IMG/VR virus record: IMGVR_UViG_3300024303_000011
Strand: one strand, 5' to 3'
Length of the DNA stretch: 64,000 nucleotides
Source of the DNA: a virus
Lineage: Duplodnaviria > Heunggongvirae > Uroviricota > Caudoviricetes
The notes beneath the pieces are model-generated. The model made no database searches. It was given only the letters and a program-made list of their open reading frames with translations, and was not told the DNA's origin. Positions 1 to 11,600 of this stretch are shown here, piece after piece; position 1 is the first letter of the stretch, and every line of letters starts with the position of its first letter. The position numbers and the translations under genes are program-made.

Positions 1-442
1 CTGCGTGAGAAGCCTTTCCTTCGGCATCTGTTCCATTGCCCTCCGCATGAGATGCAAAACCATAAGATACAGTGCCGTATCCTTCTGCATGACCACATGC
101 TCCAGCATCAGTCCAACTAGATGCGGATGGTGAAACGGTAGAATCCGACGTTGTGCATGTACTCATGCCCTCTGCATGAGAAGTGACGCCAGATGCAATA
201 GTACAAAGCCCTTCAGCATGAGAGCCGTCGCCAGATGCAATAGTATCAAGCCCTTCAGCATGAGAGTTTGATCCAATAACACTACCAGTCTTTCTATTCA
301 TAGAAAAAGACCCAGTGCCAACTGGGTCTGAAGCAAACATGTATTCTGTATGAGTGTGACCAACATCTGCTTTACCACCAAGAGCATTAACTACATGTGC
401 CCACATTCGCTCAAATGCGGCGAAAATTGATTGATTTGCCAT
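1..442 (-). CDS. Tail fibre protein with SHAEG (YadA-head-like) repeats; runs off the left edge
   Basis: Not in ORF track. ATG at 442 after GGAGG; reads MANQSIFAAFERMWAHVV...SHAEGLDTIASGDGSHAEGLCTIASGVTSHAEG; 42-bp tandem unit at 187-266. Confidence 0.75.
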   Translation of the reverse strand, partial: MANQSIFAAFERMWAHVVNALGGKADVGHTHTEYMFASDPVGTGSFSMNRKTGSVIGSNSHAEGLDTIASGDGSHAEGLCTIASGVTSHAEGMSTCTTSDSTVSPSASSWTDAGACGHAEGYGTVSYGFASHAEGNGTDAEGKASHA

Positions 443-461
443 ATGTTTTACCTCCTTTTAA

Positions 462-893
462 TCACCAAACATCGCGTGTAAGATATGTTTTTTCTTCAAT
501 AGGTTCTACTGGCTCTACGAAAGAATCTCCATCATTTGAGAGCGCCCAAATGAAGGACAGGCCTCCTCCATCATTAATCTCTACCATACCGTTACCGATT
601 GTTACATAATACGTAGATATATTTAATTCTTCATTATAATATGAAATATTGATTTTAGAAGTTGCCAAATCTTCGAACGTCATACCTTTTAGAAACAAAA
701 AATTGACATTTGCTACTGCACTATTATCAATCGTAAATACACCAATATCAGACGCACTGCTTGTACCGCCAGTAATCCCTTCTATACCAACAACTATTTC
801 TGGAATAGACATTTCAGCCGTTGTTCCGGTTTTACTTCTTACAGCGTCGGCAATTGAAACCATATCTTCTCTGTCAACAATTACTTTGCTCAT
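462..893 (-). CDS. Fibre-associated protein
   Basis: Start abuts upstream fibre stop; N-terminus (SIADAVRSKTG...MSIPEI) resembles that of 3465-4292. Confidence 0.55.
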   Translation of the reverse strand: MSKVIVDREDMVSIADAVRSKTGTTAEMSIPEIVVGIEGITGGTSSASDIGVFTIDNSAVANVNFLFLKGMTFEDLATSKINISYYNEELNISTYYVTIGNGMVEINDGGGLSFIWALSNDGDSFVEPVEPIEEKTYLTRDVW

Positions 894-3262
894 CAGAATT
901 TCACCTCGTCATTTGCCGTCACCATATTGGTTCCACAGATAGCATCAATATCTTCTACTGTAATTAACTCGTTTTCTTGTGCGATTGCGCCTAATTGACT
1001 TTGAAGATATTCTAAGGTTACCACGTCCATATTTTCAGTTGGGCTTGTACCAACCGTTACGCGGCCATCTCCCCATACAACTAAACCATTTTTACGAGTT
1101 GTATCTGTTGTTCCAATACCAACAACAAATCTAGCTCCAGATGTAGACTTATCAGCAGGGCTAGCATCTATAGGGTCATTATAAGTACCCACAATAACTT
1201 GATCCATTTGTTTATTGCCATCTTCTGGTGCTTTTGTCTTTAATCCATGACCTATTGCATAAGTATACAAACCACTTGTTTGAGACCCTCTACCCATTAC
1301 TACACTATGGTTTCCATTGGCTTGCGCTTCATATCCAACAGCAAAACTATGAGCACCATTTGCTTTAGTAAAGTTTCCTAATGCTATCGCACTTGTTGCT
1401 GTAGCTTTTGCCTCAGATCCCATTGCAATGGTATTATCAGAACTAGCTTCAGCTAAATATCCAAACGCAAAACTTCTTTTTCCTGTGGCTGAACCACTAC
1501 TACTTGCTGCTCCTTGAGCTGAGCCTACTTTATCACCTTGTATTAAAGGTATTTTATTAATAGCAGTACTAAGCTCGGTTTTAGCATTGTTAATACTGTT
1601 ATCTACATAATCTTTATTGGTAGCATCCATGCCATCTGTCGGTGCAGCCCCTATTGTTGTTCTACCATCATTCCAAACTACAAATGCATTAGAACGATCT
1701 CGATCTTTAATAGAAGTGTTGGAAGGTGTACTTGTTATTGCTCCATTACCAATAATAAATAGTGCATTTTCTGTGCCTTCATTTTTAGCACCTCTACCAA
1801 TAATAGTTTGGTCTTCAGCAGTACTTGTTCCATTAACTCGGCCCAACATGACAGATCCAGGATGATTTACTGTATTTAAAAGACCTGCTGTAAACGAATG
1901 ACGAGCATTAGCTGTATTTTCATTACTAGCTCCAGCAGCAAAAGAAAGAGGAGCGTCATTAACAAGATTTAAGCCAATAGCAATAGCTCTATCTCCAGTA
2001 ACCACATTATTAAAACCAATAGCGACGCTTCTCTTTGAGAGAGCAGAACTTTGTTGTCCGAGAGCTATAGCTGAATAATCAGCTACGCATTCACGACCCA
2101 TAGCAATACCATTATCACCATAGGCAAGATTATCACGACCAGCTACAAATGAAAAACGACCCGTAGCAGCATTTATAGTGTCGACACTAGCACCGAAAGC
2201 AGCTGAGTTATCAGAAACACAAACAGCACCTACATGTGGTTTACTAGGAACAAAGAAGCTATATCTATCAGAATATGTATCTTCTTTTTGAATGTCCCCT
2301 AATGTTAAATCATCGATAGCAGTTCCAGGAGCAAAAGTTATTATATTATTCTGGATATGAGTGATTGTTCCAATCATATCAAGATCAATGGATCGTGTTT
2401 TTAATGTGAAAACATCTCCCACGGAATAACCACCGTTGCTATCTCCTTTATCTGTTACATCCATGTTGTAGTCAATCAATGAGTTAAGTGTATTTTCATC
2501 AAAACGTTCATCTTTTGTAAACTTTATGTCTTGATAAGTAATATTGTCATCTGCTGTAAGAAAAATCTTATGATCTACGAGATCAATACCTTTATACCTA
2601 TAACCTCTACACCCTGCAATAGAGTTATTGAAAGCTGCAGAATCGATTCCTAATGCTTGAGCATTTGTTTTAACTTGCTGAACTGAATTATCACCTGAAC
2701 CCTTTGTTACTACCATCTTTGCTTCAACTGCAGCAGCAGAACCAATAGGATCATATAACTCATCATGATTATGAACTTTATCTGCTTTGTTTGTTGCAAT
2801 AGTTTCTAATGCTTCTATTGCATCAACGTTTTCAGCAATTAGACTGCCAAGCTCTTTTAGAGTATCATATGCAGGTCCAGCCCCGTTAAGAAGATCATTT
2901 TTAACTTGTTCTGCAGAACCTTTTTTATCATATAATTCATCATGATTGTGATTCGTGTCAGCTTTATTACTAACCGCATCATCTACATACTTTTCTGTAG
3001 CATAGCCAGCAAGAGATTGATGTTCTGTTAAATAGCCAGCATCGTTATTAAAAGACGATACATTAGTAGGAATATCCTCTAACTTTGCATAACCTGTTAC
3101 ATCTGGAATTTCAATAGTATCTAAAGCTTTCTGTATATCTTGAGCAATCTTATCTTCAATTAAAGTTCCATCACTAGTTTGCACTTGCGATGTTAGTGTT
3201 TTAGGAGCAAATTTATCTCCATTTTTATCATTTAGCCAACCTGTTTTAATCGTAGTTGACAT
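893..3262 (-). CDS. Tail fibre/adhesin with YadA-like head repeats
   Basis: HNHDELY repeats, many SxAxG repeats, two copies of VVWxDGRxTxGxxP..MD motif; GGAGG RBS. Confidence 0.8.
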   Translation of the reverse strand: MSTTIKTGWLNDKNGDKFAPKTLTSQVQTSDGTLIEDKIAQDIQKALDTIEIPDVTGYAKLEDIPTNVSSFNNDAGYLTEHQSLAGYATEKYVDDAVSNKADTNHNHDELYDKKGSAEQVKNDLLNGAGPAYDTLKELGSLIAENVDAIEALETIATNKADKVHNHDELYDPIGSAAAVEAKMVVTKGSGDNSVQQVKTNAQALGIDSAAFNNSIAGCRGYRYKGIDLVDHKIFLTADDNITYQDIKFTKDERFDENTLNSLIDYNMDVTDKGDSNGGYSVGDVFTLKTRSIDLDMIGTITHIQNNIITFAPGTAIDDLTLGDIQKEDTYSDRYSFFVPSKPHVGAVCVSDNSAAFGASVDTINAATGRFSFVAGRDNLAYGDNGIAMGRECVADYSAIALGQQSSALSKRSVAIGFNNVVTGDRAIAIGLNLVNDAPLSFAAGASNENTANARHSFTAGLLNTVNHPGSVMLGRVNGTSTAEDQTIIGRGAKNEGTENALFIIGNGAITSTPSNTSIKDRDRSNAFVVWNDGRTTIGAAPTDGMDATNKDYVDNSINNAKTELSTAINKIPLIQGDKVGSAQGAASSSGSATGKRSFAFGYLAEASSDNTIAMGSEAKATATSAIALGNFTKANGAHSFAVGYEAQANGNHSVVMGRGSQTSGLYTYAIGHGLKTKAPEDGNKQMDQVIVGTYNDPIDASPADKSTSGARFVVGIGTTDTTRKNGLVVWGDGRVTVGTSPTENMDVVTLEYLQSQLGAIAQENELITVEDIDAICGTNMVTANDEVKF

Positions 3263-3279
3263 AATAAATTCCTCCTTTA

Positions 3280-3450
3280 TTAATTATTTATTCGTTCTGC
3301 TTCTTTTCTGCCGATAATCTCACGATATTCTTCTTTTGTTATTTCATAGAAAGTAGACACATCTACACCCTCGGCAAGGTAAATAACCTTTCCATATACA
3401 TGACCATCAGTTAGAATATGTCCTTCTGTTGCTGTAATTACATTTCTCAT
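3280..3450 (-). CDS. Small hypothetical protein, 56 aa
   Basis: Read by hand: AGGAG RBS, MRNVITATEGHILTDGHVYGKVIYLAEG...; fills the gap between genes. Confidence 0.65.
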   Translation of the reverse strand: MRNVITATEGHILTDGHVYGKVIYLAEGVDVSTFYEITKEEYREIIGRKEAERINN

Positions 3451-3464
3451 ATTTATATTTCTCC

Positions 3465-4292
3465 TTATATAAGCGATATAGTCCAGTTGGGTTTAGTGGC
3501 AACTAATGCTTCCCACTCGTCATCCACAAATGCATCCAATTTTGCCTCTTCGGAGAATGTAACACTTAATCCAGAGGTAGTATTAGACAATGCGTTTATG
3601 ATAGAAACAATGCTATCATAAGAAAGGAAATAACAATTACCCATAAATAAATCTTTGCCTATTACTCCAGTTACCGTCACATTTTTAAGAGATTCAGCAA
3701 TTATAAAGGTTGTGATATCAAATTCAGTTTTCTCTGAAACAATCATTTCTTTAATTGTTTCTACGCAACAAGCATTAAAAGCATACTCTAAATTAAGACA
3801 ATTTGAAATATCAAGCGTAACAGGTATTGTGCTTATTCCGCTTTCTTCAAAAATACTTTTAGCGGAATCGCAAACAATATTATATGTTGGCTGAAATGTA
3901 GTGTCATCCCACCAATCACCACGAAATGCGTAGTTATAATCAGTTCTGTCGCCATTTTTCTGATATTTCTTTAAAAATTCTTTAATTCCAGATGCTGCAC
4001 TGTCTTCTACACCTGCGTCATAACCGTCATTAAAACCCCATTCCCAACCATCTTCTTCACCACAAGTATATCCATATCCCCAGCCATCATCCCAGCCCAT
4101 ATCCCAGCCATCTTGATAACCTATTCCTTCACCTTCGTAGTATCCGTTATCAAATCCTTCACTATAGACTAAATCGACACCATGAGCCATTTCTGCTACA
4201 GTATATGTAGGAGCTGTTAAGGCTGCTGCGTTTTGGCGAATTCTTTCTGCAATAGCTCTTATATTTTCTTCTTCATATAATTTTTTAGCCAT
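3465..4292 (-). CDS. Fibre-associated protein with Gxxx repeats and LRR-like C-terminus
   Basis: GFDNGYYEG...GWDDG...GYDAG tract; start abuts upstream fibre stop. Confidence 0.6.
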   Translation of the reverse strand: MAKKLYEEENIRAIAERIRQNAAALTAPTYTVAEMAHGVDLVYSEGFDNGYYEGEGIGYQDGWDMGWDDGWGYGYTCGEEDGWEWGFNDGYDAGVEDSAASGIKEFLKKYQKNGDRTDYNYAFRGDWWDDTTFQPTYNIVCDSAKSIFEESGISTIPVTLDISNCLNLEYAFNACCVETIKEMIVSEKTEFDITTFIIAESLKNVTVTGVIGKDLFMGNCYFLSYDSIVSIINALSNTTSGLSVTFSEEAKLDAFVDDEWEALVATKPNWTISLI

Positions 4293-6082
4293 CAGTAAGC
4301 CACCTCGTCTCCGCTCAAAGAATTAATATATTCTTCAAGATATTGTTTAGTAACAACATCCATATTACCTGTTGGGCTTGCTCCAGCAGTAACACGACCA
4401 TCTCCCCATACAACAAGACCATTTTTACGGTTCTTAGTTATTATAGTTCCGTCATTCGCATATTTATCATCACCATTACCTACACCAACTACAAAAGCGG
4501 CAGCTTTATAGTTGTCTTTATGAGAACCTGAGCTTGGGAACGCATCAAGTATTTCATTATATCTGCCAATTACAAATTGATCTCTATTTGGAGAAACTGC
4601 AGTGTTTTCGGCAGTTTTTACACCACGTCCAATAGCAGTACTAAACGGTGCTCTTACTTCAGCCAATCTACCTAATGCAATACTGTTACTTCCTGCAGAA
4701 GTAACTACAGCTTGTTCCCCGAAAGCAAAACTATGAGCACCATCTGCTACACAGTTTTCGTTAATAGATCTAACACTGTTTGTATTGCTTCCTTTTTGTA
4801 AAGGTAAAGTATTTTTCATTATAGAAGCTACAGAACCTTTATTAACAACATCCATATCATTCTTAGGAGCTGCCCCAACGGTAGCTCTGCCATCATTCCA
4901 AACCAAGAAAGCATTAGAACGATCTTCATCAGCTACAGCAAATGTATTAGGTGTTGTACCAGTTATTTTGCCATTACCTACAACTAGTAAAGCTCCAGTA
5001 GTAGATTTCATCTTAGCGCCAACGCCAAAAACAGCCTGATCAGGCGTATATGAATAGCCATTCAATCTACCAAACATAGCGACGCCAGGATGTCTAGCAT
5101 AGTTTTTAAAGCCAGAAACGAATGAATATTGACCGTTTTCTAATATTTGAGTACTTGCGCCTGTAGCTACCGAATTGTTGCCCTTGTTTGTGACATTAAC
5201 TCCTATGGCTACATTTCTATCACCGATTGCATCAGCATTAAATCCAAGTGATATACAACCATATCCTGCTGTGCATTCTCGGCCCATTGCAACAGCACCA
5301 TCACCATAAGCTAAGTTATCTCTACCAGCAGCAATGGAATATCTACCAGTAGCAGCATTAGTTTTATCCATACTAATGCCAAATGCTGCTGAATGATCAG
5401 AGACTACAACCACACCTTGTATTGGTTTTGATGGAACAAAGAAACTATAACGATCACTATAAGTGTCTTCTGTTTGAACTTGCGCTTTTGTTAATGCATC
5501 AATTTTAGTACCAGGTTCAAATGTAACAACATTATTTTCAATAGTAGTTATTACACCAACATTATCACAATCAATACCACGAGTTTTAAGTGAGAATATA
5601 TCTCCGTTTTTGTAATATTCATTTATCTGTAGTTCATTGTCAATCAATGATTCTTCATCAAAAGCATCGTTTTCAGTACCTTTAAACTGAATATCTTGAT
5701 AAGTAATCTTGTCATCAGTTGTAAGATAAATTTTATGATTTACAAGGTCAAGTCCCTTGTATCTAAAGCCCATACAACCTGCGACACTATTATTAAAAGC
5801 TGCTGAGTTTTCACCTAGAGCTAGTGCCCCCGTATCAGATTGCTGAATTGAATTGTCGCCGGTGCCAGATTCAACCGGAACGTCCCCACCCACAGAGGGA
5901 ACCTCTTCGACTTGAACATTTTCATTGTCTGCCGAATCGATATAAGCAACACCGGACAGCCTTTCATCTATTTCGGCCTCTAGGACTTCTTTATCCTTAA
6001 TATAATCTCCCTTTTTCGGGTCGGTCTGCGCAAAACTAGGTTTTGGACTTGTGGTTCCAACAGTATAGCCTATGATTTTCAT
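4292..6082 (-). CDS. Tail fibre/adhesin, paralogue of 893-3262
   Basis: Shared blocks such as SAAFNNSxAGCxGxRYKGxDLVxHKIxLT, EDTYSDRYSFFVPSKP and AGRDNLAYGD. Confidence 0.8.
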   Translation of the reverse strand: MKIIGYTVGTTSPKPSFAQTDPKKGDYIKDKEVLEAEIDERLSGVAYIDSADNENVQVEEVPSVGGDVPVESGTGDNSIQQSDTGALALGENSAAFNNSVAGCMGFRYKGLDLVNHKIYLTTDDKITYQDIQFKGTENDAFDEESLIDNELQINEYYKNGDIFSLKTRGIDCDNVGVITTIENNVVTFEPGTKIDALTKAQVQTEDTYSDRYSFFVPSKPIQGVVVVSDHSAAFGISMDKTNAATGRYSIAAGRDNLAYGDGAVAMGRECTAGYGCISLGFNADAIGDRNVAIGVNVTNKGNNSVATGASTQILENGQYSFVSGFKNYARHPGVAMFGRLNGYSYTPDQAVFGVGAKMKSTTGALLVVGNGKITGTTPNTFAVADEDRSNAFLVWNDGRATVGAAPKNDMDVVNKGSVASIMKNTLPLQKGSNTNSVRSINENCVADGAHSFAFGEQAVVTSAGSNSIALGRLAEVRAPFSTAIGRGVKTAENTAVSPNRDQFVIGRYNEILDAFPSSGSHKDNYKAAAFVVGVGNGDDKYANDGTIITKNRKNGLVVWGDGRVTAGASPTGNMDVVTKQYLEEYINSLSGDEVAY

Positions 6083-6390
6083 ACACTCACCTCCGTGATG
6101 GATACCTGTATTGTGTGATCGTTGCGTGGCTTATCCCCAATCGCATAAACCGTAACAACCCCGTCATCGTTTTCTGTAACGAAAGCGAGGTCTTTGTTGT
6201 GAAACTCGGCAAGCTGGAAAACGTCTGGTTTAAGATCGACCTGACTATATGGCGTAATGCCATCAATTACTACTTCCTGTGAGTAAGGGCTTGTATCGCC
6301 TTCCCAGTTTGCCGACAATAAAGTAATTTCTGTCACTTTTACGCTAGGTTGGTGTAAGTTGCCCAAAATCTGTATTTTTTTTGTAGCCAT
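6079..6390 (-). CDS. Virion protein, paralogue of the C-terminal domain of 8048-8611
   Basis: TLxxxxWxG..PYSQ..DLxP..EN.xG.VT.YA.G.KP motif present in both. Confidence 0.65.
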   Translation of the reverse strand: MATKKIQILGNLHQPSVKVTEITLLSANWEGDTSPYSQEVVIDGITPYSQVDLKPDVFQLAEFHNKDLAFVTENDDGVVTVYAIGDKPRNDHTIQVSITEVSV

Positions 6391-6417
6391 TTTTACAAAA
6401 CGCCTCCTTTTGAATTT

Positions 6418-6451
6418 AATAAAAAGGAGCCCGTATTATCGAGCTCCAAAA
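6418..6451 (-). terminator. Rho-independent terminator
   Basis: GGAGCTCG-loop-CGGGCTCC followed by TTTTT on minus strand. Confidence 0.65.
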
Positions 6452-6454
6452 CTG

Positions 6455-6823
6455 TTATTTTAACCATTCGAGCATTTGAGGAACAACTTTTGTATCAGTA
6501 ACATCAAGCCATGCCTGATACCACTCATTAAGTTGTTCCTTTTGATCGTCTGTCAATTTGCTATACCATAAATAACCACGGTTAACATATGGGAAGCAAA
6601 CCTTATCACGTTTACGGCGCAAGTCATTGTTAATTCGCTCATCATTTAAAGCATGCAGTCTACTCTGGTCTAACATTAGTTTCCCATTATCGTATCTGTA
6701 GGCTCTAAACACATCGATAAATGTGTCAACATCTTCAGGAGTTTCTACTTCAATACCACCATTTAACTCTGCATCTATACAAACACAAGTTAAATATTTA
6801 TTTTCGTCAATTAAAATCTTCAT
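6455..6823 (-). CDS. Tail fibre assembly chaperone-like protein
   Basis: C-terminal LRRKRD...W..L....W.QAWLDVT....P pattern; lies downstream of a fibre gene. Confidence 0.55.
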   Translation of the reverse strand: MKILIDENKYLTCVCIDAELNGGIEVETPEDVDTFIDVFRAYRYDNGKLMLDQSRLHALNDERINNDLRRKRDKVCFPYVNRGYLWYSKLTDDQKEQLNEWYQAWLDVTDTKVVPQMLEWLK

Positions 6824-6836
6824 CGTTTATTCCTCC

Positions 6837-7775
6837 TTAGATTGAATACCATCCAGCAATATACAAACGAGTGCCTTTTGGCATGCTTGATGTACCACAA
6901 TTCATAATATAAACGCCCTTGTCTGCAACTGAAGATACGCCACAATGAATATCATAACCAATCTCGTTGTAACAAGCTAATGCTGTATGTGCAGTAGGAA
7001 TTGTAGATGGTAATGCGATAAACATTGCGCCATCTGCTGCGATTGCGCTTGGTGTCACAATATTCAATCTAATAAATGCTTTATTTAAGTATGGAAAAAC
7101 TGCAAACTGAGATGATGTAACAGTTGTGCTATTTAAACTTGAAACCGTTCCATTTGTCCATGCTTTAGTTTGGCCAGTACCACCTTGAGCTACGGGCAAT
7201 GTGCCAAATTGAGGGTATCCATTTGCTGCAGTCGCATAACAAGCACCATTCGCCGTTGCCGTATAATATAAATCTGCACCACCGGAACCAGAGTTACGAA
7301 TGATTGCGTTTGCTGGAAAATCACTCATATCGATACCGGTTCCACCCTTAGACTTTGGAATAACTTTGCTGCTATCAAAAGGTGTAAATCCAAGTGCGGA
7401 CGTTACATTACCACTAGATATACTAATAACTCCAGAACTATTAGTAATATTACTGCCAGTTTTAACGCCACCAAGAGTGGAAGATGTGGCAGTCGGCAAA
7501 GTATATTTGTTTGCTCCTGTTGCAATTCCGGCAAGTTTTGTCTTTTCTGCGCTTGTAAAGTCATTAGTTGATAAACCCATTCCATCAACTTTATCCACTT
7601 TATCATTCATCTGCGCACTTACATTCGCTGACGTTGCATAGTTAGACAATGCATTGCCTACTGCAGCAGCATCGGCAGGTTTACCGGCTTGCGAAAGTGT
7701 TGTATCGGTGGATGCTCCGCCGGGGCCAACCCGTTCAAATACACCTTCGGTATTTCTTAAATAGGTTACCGCCAT
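6837..7775 (-). CDS. Tail fibre protein
   Basis: KVDKVDGMGLSTNDFT, YTLPTATSSTLGGVK and LPVAQGGTG motifs typical of Firmicutes phage fibres. Confidence 0.75.
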   Translation of the reverse strand: MAVTYLRNTEGVFERVGPGGASTDTTLSQAGKPADAAAVGNALSNYATSANVSAQMNDKVDKVDGMGLSTNDFTSAEKTKLAGIATGANKYTLPTATSSTLGGVKTGSNITNSSGVISISSGNVTSALGFTPFDSSKVIPKSKGGTGIDMSDFPANAIIRNSGSGGADLYYTATANGACYATAANGYPQFGTLPVAQGGTGQTKAWTNGTVSSLNSTTVTSSQFAVFPYLNKAFIRLNIVTPSAIAADGAMFIALPSTIPTAHTALACYNEIGYDIHCGVSSVADKGVYIMNCGTSSMPKGTRLYIAGWYSI

Positions 7776-7853
7776 TTCAAGTAACCTCCTTTATCTTTTG
7801 TTAAAATTTAATAATTTTGTTATGTTTCTTTTCCTATTACATTAGACTTATAA

Positions 7854-8051
7854 TTATACCTCAAGCGTACCAACAGATACGCCATTATCAGAAGCGTAAA
7901 CTTTACCCTTCTTAACATCTTCGTCCGTTGCTGTCAATATGGTCTCTTGATCCACAATGACCGCCATGACCTCAGAACCGTTTTCGTCTTCAATCACAAA
8001 TGTCTTTCCAAGCATGCTATAACAGCCAACCATATTACCTGCGATTATCAT
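7854..8051 (-). CDS. Small virion-associated hypothetical protein
   Basis: ATGA overlap with upstream gene; GGAGG RBS. Confidence 0.6.
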   Translation of the reverse strand: MIIAGNMVGCYSMLGKTFVIEDENGSEVMAVIVDQETILTATDEDVKKGKVYASDNGVSVGTLEV

Positions 8052-8611
8052 ACAAACGCCACCTCCGTTAATAATACCTGCATGGTATAATCAACCTTTG
8101 GCTTGCCGCCTAAAGCATAAAATGTAACAGTGCCACCATTATTCTCTGCCATTAAGGCAATATCTTCATTTTGCAATTGTACAATTTGCTGAGCTGTTGG
8201 TTGCAAGTCTAATTTGCTATTAACCGTAACTCCATTTACAGTTGCTACCTGACTATAAGGATTGGCACTACCAGTCCAACCGCTAGCAGGTAAAGTAACC
8301 GTTGCAATTCTAGGTAGTACAGGCACCACCCCGGCACCTTCCTCAGCAGTATTAATCCATATCTTAATATTTGGATCAGTTGGCTTGGTATCGCCAATAT
8401 AAATGCCTAAGTTGGCTAGATCATTGGTGAATGGCAAACTATTGACAGAAGTCGTACCATCACCAATCTTGAAACGTTCATATGAATGCGATGCGTCTCT
8501 GTCATAAACAATTAATTCGCCTTGTTTAGGAACGAATGTTGTGGCTTTAAGCCAATTTGCTTCTGTATCGTGCTTGTGCACTATGCGAGAAGCTATATTC
8601 TTTTCCGCCAT
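8048..8611 (-). CDS. Mtd_N/hyaluronidase-N-like module protein
   Basis: RIVHKHDTEANW...GELIVY...FKIGDG..V..LPF. Confidence 0.7.
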   Translation of the reverse strand: MAEKNIASRIVHKHDTEANWLKATTFVPKQGELIVYDRDASHSYERFKIGDGTTSVNSLPFTNDLANLGIYIGDTKPTDPNIKIWINTAEEGAGVVPVLPRIATVTLPASGWTGSANPYSQVATVNGVTVNSKLDLQPTAQQIVQLQNEDIALMAENNGGTVTFYALGGKPKVDYTMQVLLTEVAFV

Positions 8612-8665
8612 CTTATACACTCCTTTCAATTTGTCATTTTCAAAATTTTGGAGTCGGGAGGGTCA

Positions 8666-11600
8666 TCATTCCAGACCCACCTTATAATTATAATTTATAG
8701 TTGCGTTTTTTGCGCCCCATGGAGCATTTGCAACTTCACCTTCTGCCCATGGTACATTAATGGTTCGAAGATTCGGGCTATTATCAAAAGTCTGTGCATG
8801 TATACTGGTAATACCACTACCAAAAGTCACCGTAGTTAAATTGTTACAGACAGAGAAAGAATACATACGTACATTTTGTACACTATCTGGTATAACAACT
8901 TCACTCATACCACATCCATAAAACGCCATAGATCCAATATTGACAAGTGTTTCTGGCAATATAACATTTGCTAGATTTGCACAGTTAGTAAACGCCGTAT
9001 TATCTATTTCCGTTACGCCATCTGGGATATTGATATTTGTCAAACCATTTCGCCCATAAAAGGCTCCATACCCAATACTTGTCACACTACCGTCAGTTGG
9101 AATTATACTTGTATTACAGCCAACAACTAATTTATCACTTGCTGTTTCTATAATACAATTACCCGCATCATGATATTTTGTATTTCCATCTGATACGGTC
9201 ACTTTCTCCAAGTTATTACATCCACGGAAAGCATTATCGCCTATTTTTGTTACATTGATAGGAATATTGATGCTCATAAGTTGATTACAATATTGGAATG
9301 TATTTGCAGCAATTGTGCGCAAAGTAATTGGCAAAATAATAAACTCAATAGCAGATTCTTCAAATCCAGCTACAGAAATCACATCATTGCCATCATACGC
9401 AGATTGAATTTCACCAGCCAATTTCGCGCCAATATATTTCGTAATAGACATTGTATCATCGGCGTCGTTGGTTGAATATTCAAAGTCGGTAAGTAAAAAT
9501 TGATAAATTTTTGCAATATTAAACTCGAATTGAGCATAACAATCCAAGTTGCCAGTGATATTCCCACATCCAGGCTCCCATCCAGCAAAATCATATAGTT
9601 CAGGAATAGATGTGTTTGCTTTAATTGGAGTTTCTCCATAGTATGTTGCAGCTGAGCCATACTCAACAATAGAGGTCTGTAGCAGTATATCTCCATTATA
9701 AAATCTAACCGTATAACTACGAATGGTCTTATTAAACGCCGCATAAACAACTCTATCAACGGCAACGTATAGCAGAGCGTCATCAACGGGATCACTGTTT
9801 GGACTATGGCTCCAACCACCATAGGCAAAGTGATATTGAGCAGTACTTGACTTTATTGGTTCAGCAATTGAACCAGCTACAACAGGATCAGCGGCGTCTC
9901 CGCCATCATGTATTACTTCCCTATAAAGCTCTTCCGTACCATCTTCATTCATATAAATAATTGTCGCCGTCAAAGTATCATAGGCAATCTGAATATCAGG
10001 ATAAACCTTCTTTATATTCTGTAGCTGCGTCCCTGTTAGTGTTTTAATATGACACTTACCAGAAATATACGGATACAAAGTTAAGTCATCCACGAGAACG
10101 CCACTATTATCAATATATTTACCACGCGCTTCTTCTCCAAGCAGTCTATCAAACAAGGAGGCATCATCCATTGTTTCGTCAATACCAATCAAACGTATGC
10201 CACCTACCAACTCAGGAAGCTTTGCTTCAAGAATTTCAAACGCAGGAACGACAGACGTATTTTCGATATGTAGTCGAGTCAACGAATCATAACTCGTACA
10301 ATCAAACACGACCAAATTTTCTTGATTAAGTATTTCAAGATCGACAATATTACCAAGATGTAGCTCTTCTAGAACACCACCGTTAGGCAATGTCACTGAT
10401 TGTACACTTGAATTTGCTGCATAAACTCTTTGTAGTAGTCCATTACGAGATAGGTCTAAAGGACCAAGTGCAGTACAACCCATAATATTTAGTTCTTCAA
10501 GAAGTTTACATCCAGATGTATCTATGCTTTTTAACTGCACATTTTCATATCCTTCTTCATCAGAACCAATATTAAGAGAACGAAGACCAGTTGCATTTTG
10601 AAGCTGGATTTCATAAGGACAGAACTTTGATATATTGCCAATATCAGTCAAGAACGTACCTCCGGCAATATAAACAGTGTCGGAGAAACCAACCTTATCT
10701 GTGCTAGCAGTGCCGGGTTTAGTTATAACAGCAGTATCTCCAGCACTAGTTCTAGGCCCAGAAACAACAGCAGCATCTCCATCACCGAATTTTACAGCGG
10801 GATATATAACCTGATTAGCGGTAATGCTAATACCACTCATAGAAGCTGGCAATCCGCCATCAGCATAATACACGTCACCAACGCCGCATCTAAAGTTGAT
10901 GTTATTATTCAAGAATTTCTTACATCTATATTTACTATAAAGCATATTAGACCGTCTATAAATAAAGGCATCTTTTTGTTGAGTACGGCTACCACGCTGC
11001 AAACACTTATAATCATAAATATAACGCACAGGATGGCCTTCCATAGAATAATCTACAAATCCTTCGACCCATGGGTCAGAATATTTATATGTCATATCTC
11101 GGTTAACCACTGCTGGACATACTAACATCGCATTATTTTTGATATGCGTGTCATATAGTGTTTCGTAATTTAAACCGCCATCGCCTACACCGCGCTCTGT
11201 AAGAAGTTGTGCTTTTGCTTGAATATCGTTTTCTAATGCTTCTTCGACCATTAGCCACAAACGAGATCCACGCCCATTAAATTTCTGAGTACCGTTTAAA
11301 GTATAACTCCAATCCGCATAATATGGAATCTGCATATAACCAGAGTTTTCAACTCCATAACCAGAGTCAAGGTCGTACAAGTCGGTCAACCATACTGCAA
11401 AAGTAGAGTTTTCCCAATCAATACGATCAGCATCAACAACGCCCGTACCGGATTCAATACAATCATGAATAGAAATTTCATTTCCATCCACATCAAGTAG
11501 CCGCTCAATTCGTACATTTTCACTTCTCAAGAACATGTTTTTAGCTCTATTATCACAAAGAGCAACAAACTCCATGAATAAATAATAAATCAACGCATGA

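Noticed and set aside
187..266. 42-bp tandem repeat resembling a CRISPR array
   Set aside because: In-frame SHAEG protein repeats with no unique spacers and no cas genes
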